DNA of 19,355 nt from Phycisphaerales bacterium (lineage in GTDB: Bacteria > Planctomycetota > Phycisphaerae > WQYP01). A program made the position numbers and the translations under genes. Location of the stretch: positions 1 through 19,355 of the forward strand of contig DAIDJN010000065.1 in NCBI GenBank assembly GCA_027451365.1. Direction: 5' to 3'. The notes below the pieces were generated by a model. The model was not told the DNA's origin. It saw only the letters and a program-made list of their open reading frames with translations, and did no database searches. Shown here piece after piece: positions 1 through 7,977 of the stretch; the stretch's first letter is position 1, and each line of letters opens with the position of its first letter.

Positions 1-1
1 G

Positions 2-496
2 ATGGATAACCTGACCAAAAGCCTCGATAACTTGTCGAAATCGCTGGCCGAGCTGCTACCGGCGGCGCACGCGCTGCAAACGGCCGGGGGCGTTGCTGTC
101 CCAGTCGGTGCAGATGCGGCCTCAGTCGCGCGGGCAGCTGACGCGGTGGGGAAATCTCTGCTGAGCGGCGTCGAGGGCTGGCTGGGCTTTAGGAATATCG
201 TGCGGATGGCGAAAGTCGGCCCGCAATGTCCAGATGCCGCAGAGAATGCAGCGACTGGTCCTAACAAATTAAATCATATCTTTGGGAATGCGCAGCACGG
301 CTTGGACGGGGTTGTAAATAGCCTTGGCTCACAGCAGGCCGCCATGAATGCGCTTCAACAGGCAACCGAAGCGGCCGTCCAGCAACAGGGTCTAACCGGT
401 GTCTTTGAAACAACCGTCCAAGTCGCCGGTGAGACGGTGACTGTTCGGGGCAATGTCGTGAATGGAGTTGTCAAGATCGGGACGGCGTTCAAATGA
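2..496 (+). CDS. C-terminal part of a polymorphic (probably RHS-type) toxin with a small putative nuclease toxin tip; probably 5'-truncated by the window edge
   Basis: The frame is open to the window edge. An Ala/Gly-rich pre-toxin linker is followed by an ~80-aa tip (PNKLNHIFGNAQHGL...VTVRGNVVNGVVKIGTAFK) of a kind I recognise from RHS/CDI C-termini. The stop codon overlaps the start of a small downstream gene (ATGA at 493-496). Confidence 0.7.
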   Translation: MDNLTKSLDNLSKSLAELLPAAHALQTAGGVAVPVGADAASVARAADAVGKSLLSGVEGWLGFRNIVRMAKVGPQCPDAAENAATGPNKLNHIFGNAQHGLDGVVNSLGSQQAAMNALQQATEAAVQQQGLTGVFETTVQVAGETVTVRGNVVNGVVKIGTAFK

Positions 497-897
497 ACAC
501 AATGACACCCTTAGAAGATCAAGTCATGCGGATGCTCCTGGCGGGAAACGACGACGTTTTGGCTGTTCTCAGGCAACAAATCGAACAAGCCCAAATATCC
601 TCGCGCAAGTTGACGGGAGCTGGTTTTTACACTGAGTTTTCAATCCCGTCCGAGATTGCACGGCTTGTGGGTCGTCAATCGTTTAAATTAGGAGACGTGA
701 ATGGAACAGCAGCGAATATAAAGCATGGGTTAGGCTTCTTGCTTTATGTTAACGACGGCGCAATTGCGATGTTGGAGGGATATACCTACGACGATCCGTG
801 GCCAGACAATGTTGAAGGATTGATGTTGACCTACTCGGGCGGACAGAATCAGAATCGAAACATGCATAAAGTAAAGCAGATTGTTCATTCGACATAA
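493..897 (+). CDS. putative immunity protein
   Basis: 134 aa, ATGA-coupled to the toxin. The motifs LRQQ...R..TGAGFY.EF and GFLLYV.DG....LEGYTYDDPWP are typical of a small-protein family found downstream of polymorphic toxins. Confidence 0.7.
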   Translation: MNTMTPLEDQVMRMLLAGNDDVLAVLRQQIEQAQISSRKLTGAGFYTEFSIPSEIARLVGRQSFKLGDVNGTAANIKHGLGFLLYVNDGAIAMLEGYTYDDPWPDNVEGLMLTYSGGQNQNRNMHKVKQIVHST

Positions 898-942
898 CCA
901 ATCTGAAGGCGGCAGGAATGACCTATTGGGAACCCAATGGGT

Positions 943-1050
943 CGTCGGATGGCGCTAACTTCTCGCCGCAGAGAGTGAAATTTCAGTGGGAACAAACCTC
1001 ACCCGGAATTTCGGTGGCGAGTCGGACCTCTACGGACGTAGCTGGACGAC
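943..1050 (+). pseudogene. degenerate orphan toxin C-terminal tip fragment
   Basis: It shares DNA patches with the junction of the upstream toxin (CGGATGGCG at 203-211 and 946-954; GCCGCAGAGA(A/G)TG at 236-248 and 965-977). It then encodes AAESEISVGTNLTRNFGGESDLYGRSWTT, which resembles the R.FGG.S...G.SWT start of another toxin tip. No intact ORF. Confidence 0.45.
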
Positions 1051-1099
1051 CGGGAGAGCGAAACAGGGACGCAGCTGGATTGCGGATCGCGTATGGCCT

Positions 1100-1145
1100 A
1101 TGGCACGCAAAGCAAGAAATACGCCGGGTGGTTATATTTATGTAG
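1100..1145 (+). pseudogene. possible N-terminal remnant of a REP-associated tyrosine transposase (RAYT, Y1/HUH)
   Basis: MARKARNTPGGYIY resembles the MPR.AR..PGG..YHV.NRG start of Y1 transposases. No HUH motif follows. REP-like hairpins lie nearby. Confidence 0.25.
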
Positions 1146-1414
1146 CGGCCCAGGTGCGCCGTGCAAAGGCGAGGTGTTCCAGCGAGTGCAAGTCTCGCCC
1201 CGGTAAAGGTTGTTGCGACCGGGAAGCTAGCTCAGCGTATAAGGATCGACCGCGGCCTTTTGCGGCTGTGGTGGCGTCGAGCAATTTTACCGGGCCGGGG
1301 CTGACGACCAATTAGGAATTGAATCTCATGCATCGGGTGTTTACTGAGGCGGATCTGGTTGTGAATGCGAAGGTGGCAGAACGAACTGAATAGCTGGCCA
1401 CAGGGTCGGAAAAT

Positions 1415-1483
1415 GTAGCACAGCGGCCCTCGGCTGTGAACCCGGCCAAGCCATAGGATGTGGGGCAGCGGCCTTCGGCTGCC
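1415..1483 (+). repeat. two tandem GTAG/GTGG-type REP-like hairpins
   Basis: GTAG-CACAGC-GGCCCTCG-GCTGTG (1415-1438) and GTGG-GGCAGC-GGCCTTCG-GCTGCC (1460-1483), with compensatory stem changes. Confidence 0.6.
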
Positions 1484-1545
1484 GGCCCGGTCGAGTCAAT
1501 TCACCGGCGTAGCTTGCATCCAAGCACCCCGGCAAACTTTTCCCA

Positions 1546-1574
1546 TTGACAATTCGTACACCTACCAGTAACAC
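1546..1574 (+). promoter_or_regulatory. candidate sigma70 promoter upstream of the structured leader and ABC operon
   Basis: Perfect TTGACA at 1546-1551, a 17-bp spacer, and a weak -10 TAACAC at 1569-1574. Confidence 0.35.
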
Positions 1575-1578
1575 AATA

Positions 1579-1704
1579 GGTCCCGCCCGGCGGGGCGGGG
1601 GCTGTCCATACCCTTGGCGCGTGCGCCTAACGGGTCAGGACATGCGGGAATTGCTGACCGGGTGCGAAGCAACGGAAATCAAGCGGGCGGCGCTCCACCG
1701 GACC
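1579..1704 (+). ncRNA. candidate structured RNA or 5' leader (long irregular rod-like hairpin, unassigned)
   Basis: Nested pairings read by eye: CCGGCGGGGCG/CGCTCCACCGG, CTGTCC/GGGCGG, CTTGG/TCAAG, TGCGCCT/GGGTGCG and GGTCAG/CTGACC. It starts just after the candidate promoter. Confidence 0.35.
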
Positions 1705-1772
1705 AATTGCACGGGTACATGCCTTCCAGCGGTTTGCCTGCGAAGCTCACGACATGGAACGAGGAGTTCACT

Positions 1773-2738
1773 TTGCCTGAACAATATGACATTGTCGCCG
1801 ACAAGCTCACCAAGTCTTACGGAAAGTTTACCGCGGTCGATCGTATATCATTTGAGGTTCCAAGGGGAAGCGTGGTCGGCTTTCTTGGCCCAAACGGTGC
1901 CGGCAAAACCACCACCATTCGCATGTTAACCTGCTTTATGCCGCCCACCAGCGGCTCGGCTCGGGTGGCCGGTCACGATGTATTTTATGAATCCATGGCG
2001 GTGCGCCAGAAGATCGGTTATCTGCCGGAAAGCACGCCCCTGTACCTGGAAATGCGCGTGGGGGAATATCTGACCTATCGGGGTAAACTGCGCGGCATGG
2101 GCCGGGCAGATCTTAAAAAAGCCATCGGCCATGTGACCGACATGTGCTGGCTTTCAGACCGGCTGCGCTGGCCCATTGGCAAACTTTCCAAAGGCTATCG
2201 CCAGCGGCTGGGCATTGCCGACGCGCTTCTGCACAATCCGCCGGTGCTGGTGCTTGATGAGCCAACCGTGGGCCTGGATCCATCGCAAATTCGTGAAACC
2301 CGCAAGCTGATCGGCAATCTGGCCGGGCAGCATACGGTCCTGCTTTCCACACATATTCTTTCCGAGGTGGAATTGATCTGCCAGCGGGTGGTCATCATCG
2401 GGCGCGGAAAAATTCTGGCACAGGGCACACCGGATGAACTTAAATCCGGCTCGCGAACCGGTGACAAGGCGCGACTTCTGGTCGATGTGCGCGGTCCGGC
2501 CGCCCAAGTCAAAAGTGCTTTGGCCGCGCTGCCGGGCGTCCAGGAAATCACCGTTGTTTCTGATGGACCGGTCTGTTCATTGCAGCTCACCGGCCGTGTG
2601 GATGGCGCTTTGCGTGAACAGGTCGCGGCTCTGGTGCTGCAGCGGGGATGGGCCTTGCGTGAATTGCGCAGCGGCGGCATGAGCCTTGAAGAATTTTTTG
2701 TTCAGATTATTGATCCCGGCGCATCGTCGGCGGCATAA
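1773..2738 (+). CDS. ABC transporter ATP-binding protein (GldA-like, ABC-2 type)
   Basis: Walker A GPNGAGKTT, signature LSKGYRQR, Walker B VLVLDEP and H-loop LSTH. I moved the start from 1614 to the in-frame TTG at 1773, which has a GAGGAG RBS at 1761-1766. Confidence 0.93.
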   Translation: MPEQYDIVADKLTKSYGKFTAVDRISFEVPRGSVVGFLGPNGAGKTTTIRMLTCFMPPTSGSARVAGHDVFYESMAVRQKIGYLPESTPLYLEMRVGEYLTYRGKLRGMGRADLKKAIGHVTDMCWLSDRLRWPIGKLSKGYRQRLGIADALLHNPPVLVLDEPTVGLDPSQIRETRKLIGNLAGQHTVLLSTHILSEVELICQRVVIIGRGKILAQGTPDELKSGSRTGDKARLLVDVRGPAAQVKSALAALPGVQEITVVSDGPVCSLQLTGRVDGALREQVAALVLQRGWALRELRSGGMSLEEFFVQIIDPGASSAA

Positions 2739-2816
2739 CGCCGCACGACGCTATGAACCGTCGAACACCAACGCCGCGGGCGGCGGACGCCCAGTGGCCC
2801 AAGCGGAGAAAATGTA

Positions 2817-3563
2817 ATGTCCCAGATATTCACCCTGGCAAAGCGCGAACTTGGCGGACTGTTTTATTCACCCATCGGCTATATCGTGCTGGCGCTGTAC
2901 CTGCTGTTTGTGGGTTTGCTGTTTTCACTTATGGTTTTGCGCCCCGGACAAATCGCGGATCCCGGCCCGATGTTTTTATGGAACCATCTGATCCTTATAT
3001 TTCTGGTTCCGTTCATGACCATGGCAATTTTTTCAGAAGAATACCGGTCCGGACGAATTGAAACATTGCGGACCAGCCCGCTTGGCGAAATGTCCATTGT
3101 GCTGGGCAAGTTTCTGGGGGCGATGGGGTTTTATCTGGGGCTTATTGGATCCAGTCTGGCATTTGTGATCATTCTATCGTTTTTTGGCCGACCAGATTAC
3201 ATGCCGGTTCTGACCAGCTATCTGGGACTGGTGCTGATGGGGGGGCTGATGGTCTCCATAGGTCTGTTTTTTTCAGCCTGCACACAACATCAGGTGCTTG
3301 CCGCGATGAGTTCCTGCATTGTGCTGGTGGCGCTGGGCATTCTGTTTCAATTTATACCACAGTTTTTGACAGCTTTTATCCGGCATTCCTGGTCTTGGCT
3401 GGCTGTGGTGAAGCACACGATGTCCTACCTGGCCATTGAACCGCACATGGTCGATTTTTCGCGCGGGATCATCGCCACACAAAATGTGGTGTTTTTTCTT
3501 TCCGGAACACTGCTGTTCCTGTTTCTGACCTATGTGGTCCTGGAAACCCGTAAATGGCGCTAA
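2817..3563 (+). CDS. ABC-2 transporter permease (GldF-like)
   Basis: AKRELGGLFYSPIGY start, the TM..FSEEYRSG.IE.L.T.P....IVLGKF motif, about 6 hydrophobic segments, and an LETRKWR end. Confidence 0.93.
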   Translation: MSQIFTLAKRELGGLFYSPIGYIVLALYLLFVGLLFSLMVLRPGQIADPGPMFLWNHLILIFLVPFMTMAIFSEEYRSGRIETLRTSPLGEMSIVLGKFLGAMGFYLGLIGSSLAFVIILSFFGRPDYMPVLTSYLGLVLMGGLMVSIGLFFSACTQHQVLAAMSSCIVLVALGILFQFIPQFLTAFIRHSWSWLAVVKHTMSYLAIEPHMVDFSRGIIATQNVVFFLSGTLLFLFLTYVVLETRKWR

Positions 3564-3602
3564 CCGCACGCCGATCTTAAAACCGCTGGAGCTGGAAACA
3601 TT

Positions 3603-5726
3603 ATGACGGAATCTGAGCAACCCAAATCAACATCCGATGCAACACACCATTCGGCACTGGCGGCATCCGACCGCCTGTGGCGCTATGGCCCCAATACCAT
3701 CATTCTTGTCATCGCCGTGGTGGCCATTGTCGGACTGGTGGACTGGCTTAGCGTGAAATACAACTACACACGCGATTGCACCACCGGCGGCATTTATTCG
3801 CTTTCGCCGCGCACTAAAAGCCTGTTAAAGCAATTGAATAAATCGGGCGGAAAATATCAGATTGTCAGCCTGTACCCCGGTGACGCCAGCGCAGATCAAA
3901 CCGAATATGAACAGGGGCTGAAAGTTCAGCAACTGATTCATGAATATACCCGTGCTTCTTCGCATATTAAGCAATTCAAGCCCCGGTCGCACGCGGCACT
4001 TTTGCGCGCCCTGCGGTCACGCTTTGGCAACAGTTTTGCGCCATATAAGCAGGTGGTTGATGAATTTCCGGCGCTGGCAGGCCAACTGAATGCATTTTTC
4101 AAGGCACAGGGAGCTTCAATCAAACCCCTGGAGACCAATCCGGCGGCGGCAGCAAATCAGGAGCAGGCACAAAATTTCGCCCAGTTGGATGATTTTATCC
4201 GCCACGACATGGGTCGAACCCTGCGGCATTTAAACAAATCAGTTAAACAGGCCACCGCCAGCACATTGCCGGATTGGCCCGGGCTTACCACCGCCATGGC
4301 GCACACACTTGATCGCGCCAAACAGAATCTTGAGTTCATTACGGACAACGCGAATTATTCGCAGTACGGCCCGGCCGTGCGGGCATGGCTGAAAATTCAT
4401 GCGCCGGCATTCAAAAAGCCGCTGGCCCGGATTAGCGCCTATGTCACCAAACTTCAGACGCTTAAGCCGGTCAAGTCCAGCCAGGTGTTAGCGGATTTAT
4501 CCGCGGATTGCATTGTGCTGATGGGGCCACATCACATCAAGGTACTTCATCGGAGTCGAATTTTTGTGCCCGAAGGCGGAAGCCTGGGAGGCAAACCACA
4601 ATATCTGTTCAAGGGTGAACAGGCCATCAACGCGGCGCTGCTGGCAATGGTCCATAAACAGAAAACCAAAGTTGTGTTTGTTTCCATTGATCCAGATACG
4701 CTTATTACAGGCCAAGGGCCGTTCAGCAGCATCGCTCAGGCGCTGCGGCGAAACAATTTCAAGGTGTATGAATGGTCGCCCATGCCGGCCAATCCACAGA
4801 TGCAGCAGCCGCCGGCACCACCCCCGGCAATCGGCAAGGGTGTAATCTGGGTGATTATTGATCTTCCGCCCGGCGGGCAACAGAGCATGATGGCGGGAAT
4901 GATGTATGCCGCACTTCAGGGCCAGATCAAACGGCAACTCGCCCAAGGGGGCAATGCCCTGTTTCTTCTGGGCAATATGCCCGAACAACTGCTGATGGCC
5001 ACACAGGGTCAAATTCCATTTAAGCCCACCCTGGCCGCTTACGGTGTGCGGCTGCGTTCGACTTATATGATTGTGCAGCGGACGCAGGTAAGCCGCCACC
5101 GGTGGCTGGGCCTGCCGCGCTTCAGTATCACCAGCTATCCGAAAAGCGTGATTACCGATCCAATTCAATCGCTGACCAGCCATTTTGAAGGGATTCTACC
5201 CCAGGGCGATTTGTTCCTGATGGCACCCACTTGGGTTGGGTTGCTGAAACATTTACCGGCTGGAGTCAGCGCCCGGGTCATACTTCAGAGTCCTGCCCGC
5301 GCAAGTATCTGGGCTACCTCGGCCACTGGTCTGCCGTCCGGCACATTTGACCCATCCACTGATATAAAATCACCCATACCCATGGGCGTGATGGCCCAAA
5401 AGGCCGCCAGTCGCATTGTGGTCATCGACAGTCCGTTGCTGGTGCAGAACGCAATTTTACAGGCCGGGGGGCTTAGCCTTGCCGGCGGTCAGCCGACATT
5501 TATCGCCGCCTACCCCGGAAACCAGCAGTTGTTTATGAACAGCATTTACTGGCTGGCCCATCAATCGCACTTAATTGCGGTAAGCCCGCGCGCCACGGTG
5601 GCTCTGCGCATCGGTGAAATGTCACCAGCCGAAGAAACGATGTCGCGATTCTTCAGTTTTCTGGGGCCGGCATTCCTGGCCATTGTCGCGGGATTTTCTG
5701 TGTATCTGGTACGCCGACGGGTGTAG
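3603..5726 (+). CDS. GldG-family ABC auxiliary component (GIFT/ABC_transp_aux type)
   Basis: N-terminal TM helix followed by D.T....YSLS..TK.LL..L, a GEQAINAAL...K.KVVF motif, GNQQLFMNSIYWL, and a C-terminal TM helix plus RRR. It sits third in the operon. Confidence 0.88.
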   Translation: MTESEQPKSTSDATHHSALAASDRLWRYGPNTIILVIAVVAIVGLVDWLSVKYNYTRDCTTGGIYSLSPRTKSLLKQLNKSGGKYQIVSLYPGDASADQTEYEQGLKVQQLIHEYTRASSHIKQFKPRSHAALLRALRSRFGNSFAPYKQVVDEFPALAGQLNAFFKAQGASIKPLETNPAAAANQEQAQNFAQLDDFIRHDMGRTLRHLNKSVKQATASTLPDWPGLTTAMAHTLDRAKQNLEFITDNANYSQYGPAVRAWLKIHAPAFKKPLARISAYVTKLQTLKPVKSSQVLADLSADCIVLMGPHHIKVLHRSRIFVPEGGSLGGKPQYLFKGEQAINAALLAMVHKQKTKVVFVSIDPDTLITGQGPFSSIAQALRRNNFKVYEWSPMPANPQMQQPPAPPPAIGKGVIWVIIDLPPGGQQSMMAGMMYAALQGQIKRQLAQGGNALFLLGNMPEQLLMATQGQIPFKPTLAAYGVRLRSTYMIVQRTQVSRHRWLGLPRFSITSYPKSVITDPIQSLTSHFEGILPQGDLFLMAPTWVGLLKHLPAGVSARVILQSPARASIWATSATGLPSGTFDPSTDIKSPIPMGVMAQKAASRIVVIDSPLLVQNAILQAGGLSLAGGQPTFIAAYPGNQQLFMNSIYWLAHQSHLIAVSPRATVALRIGEMSPAEETMSRFFSFLGPAFLAIVAGFSVYLVRRRV

Positions 5727-5813
5727 CGCATCACGCCGGCCGCAAACGTGTCATGCAAACTTCGCGGCGGACTGCCGCCCGAAAGCGATTTAAAATAACG
5801 AGGTTTCATCACC

Positions 5814-7826
5814 ATGAATTATAAATTCACCGCATTAATCCTGCTGGTTCTTGTCGGGTTAATTGGCGTGGTTGCCTATCTAAACCATCAGCCGCCAAAG
5901 AAGCACACATCCGCCACCCGGCTGGTCTTTAAGACCAAACCAACCCAGATTCAGGCCCTGACCCTTACCCGCCAGGCAGCAGGAAAAGCCAGTAAAAAGA
6001 CCCTCGCGTTTGAACGGGCAAAAGGACACTGGCGCATCACTGCTCCGCTGCAGGCCGCCGCACGCGACCGTGTGGACAGCCTGGTGCGAAACGTCGCCGA
6101 CCTGGCCTGGCGGTATCGGCTGAAAATGACGGCCAGCGGAAAGCATTCGCTCTCCGCAACCGGCCTGGCACCGGCCAAGGCCATATTCACCCTGCACGAC
6201 AAAAATGGCGATACCTGGCGGCTGGCGGTGGGACGTCACAATTCCGCAGGCCGACTTTATGTCCGACCGCTGGGCCGCAAAGCCCGCCATATATATGTTG
6301 TGGATTCCGCCTGGTTTGATTCCTTCAACCATCCGGCCGCCCATTTCCGCAATTTAAACCTGACTCATTTTCACATGCATAACATCGCGGCCGTCACCAT
6401 TCACACCACCGGCGGCACCGCCCCGCTTACCATGACCATTATTCCGCACGGTTCCGGCTGGGTCTTCACACAGCCATTTCCTGCGCCAGTCAACACCAGC
6501 GCTATTCAGGACTGGCTAAGCGATGTGCAACTACTGGCCGCGACGCGCTTTTCAACCACCTCGGAAAAATCAGCGGCGTTCGGCAACGGCCCGCTGACCA
6601 TCACCATTCGGTTCAAAACACCTGCGCCAGCTTCATCCACCCCGCCGGCCGGTGTAAAAAAATCTGTGGCAAAGGCACCCGCTCCACTGGTGATTCATTT
6701 CGGGCGTTATACTGACCTTACGCACAAGGCAATTTACGTTTCAAGCTCGCAAAATCCGGGGGTGGGCGTTGTACCCGTCGGTACCTTTACACCCCTGAAC
6801 CGGCCTATGACTCAATTGCGTGACAAGGCCATCACACGGGCCAATATGGACCATGCGCATCATTTGGCCATTAAAACCGGACATACCGTGTTGCAATTGA
6901 ACACCACCGGCACCCAATGGACCATGACGCCCCAAGGCATAGCCGCCACACCGCTGACGGCACGCGCCACCGTGGTTGAAAACCTGCTAAAAGCGGTTGC
7001 GGCCCTGCGGGCGAAGTCCTTTCAAGATGGCGCAATCAACCGCGCCGTTCTGGGACTGGTGCACCCGATTCACCAGCTTACCATTCAACTATCCAATCAT
7101 GTCCATCCATTTATAATCGGATGGGGCGCCACAGCCGGCAAGTCGCTTGTACCCGTCAGCGTGTCCGGCTGGCCAAGTGTTTATAACGTACCAGCCGACG
7201 CCTTAAACGCCCTGACCCCGGCCAGCGTCGCGGCTTTCCGAAGCCACAGGGTTGCCGATTTTTCACCCGTGGCCATTGCGCGAATTTCACTGCCAGCAGT
7301 TGGAACCCGGCCACAGGTGGTGCTGGCGCAGACAGCCGGAAAATGGACCCTTGCGCGCGGGTCGGCCGTCGGCATTGCCGCACCGGACGCGCTAGTTCAA
7401 CCGCTGCTCGCGGCCATCAATCCCCTGCGGGCTAAAAAATGGTATACATGGAAAGAATCAGCGGCTGCGCTGCATTGGTCCCATCTGCCGATTTCATATC
7501 AACTGGTCATCACGCCTACCAACGTTGCGGGTACCGCCGGCAAGAACGCTCCGCCCGCACAAACCACCCTCAACATCATTCGCCGGACCATACCCCGACC
7601 AAACCCCAGGCCCGGCACAGGCGAAGCGATCTCCGCGAAAGTCAGTGCACCGCAATACCGCTGGTATGGGTATGTCGGCCCGGCCCAATTGGTGAATCCG
7701 GATTTCCGTCTTTTTCAGCCACACAAATCGCTGATCGCAGCCTTGAAAGCGGTGCTGGCACCAGCGGCCAAACCGGCCGGCAACGCGGCGGCTAGGCCGA
7801 CAGCAACAAAGGCGGCAACAAAATAG
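5814..7826 (+). CDS. DUF4340 domain-containing protein (about three repeats)
   Basis: N-terminal membrane anchor MNYKFTALILLVLVGL. Repeated units of the form W....P...A....V..L...V..L.A..F....GL..P and FR...L/V. This is the canonical fourth gene of GldA/F/G-like clusters. RBS GAGG at 5800-5803. Confidence 0.85.
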   Translation: MNYKFTALILLVLVGLIGVVAYLNHQPPKKHTSATRLVFKTKPTQIQALTLTRQAAGKASKKTLAFERAKGHWRITAPLQAAARDRVDSLVRNVADLAWRYRLKMTASGKHSLSATGLAPAKAIFTLHDKNGDTWRLAVGRHNSAGRLYVRPLGRKARHIYVVDSAWFDSFNHPAAHFRNLNLTHFHMHNIAAVTIHTTGGTAPLTMTIIPHGSGWVFTQPFPAPVNTSAIQDWLSDVQLLAATRFSTTSEKSAAFGNGPLTITIRFKTPAPASSTPPAGVKKSVAKAPAPLVIHFGRYTDLTHKAIYVSSSQNPGVGVVPVGTFTPLNRPMTQLRDKAITRANMDHAHHLAIKTGHTVLQLNTTGTQWTMTPQGIAATPLTARATVVENLLKAVAALRAKSFQDGAINRAVLGLVHPIHQLTIQLSNHVHPFIIGWGATAGKSLVPVSVSGWPSVYNVPADALNALTPASVAAFRSHRVADFSPVAIARISLPAVGTRPQVVLAQTAGKWTLARGSAVGIAAPDALVQPLLAAINPLRAKKWYTWKESAAALHWSHLPISYQLVITPTNVAGTAGKNAPPAQTTLNIIRRTIPRPNPRPGTGEAISAKVSAPQYRWYGYVGPAQLVNPDFRLFQPHKSLIAALKAVLAPAAKPAGNAAARPTATKAATK

Positions 7827-7977
7827 CACGGATGGGCAAACTAAACAGCGGCCTGCGTTCAATCCGCCCCGGCTACACTCCGGTGCGGCCAATAATCCGG
7901 TCAAAATAATTTCCGCAATTCCAATGCGGCGGGAACCGTAAATCGGAATTATTCCATTATCCCCTTGCCTCGCCCCA

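Noticed and set aside
1629..1662. SRP (4.5S) RNA, suggested by AACGGGTCAGG
   Set aside because: The GNRA-capped stem and the AGCAG strand of domain IV are missing.
1614..1772. N-terminal extension of the ABC ATPase in the ORF track
   Set aside because: It does not resemble an ABC domain. A TTG at 1773 with a GAGGAG RBS gives a normal-length protein.
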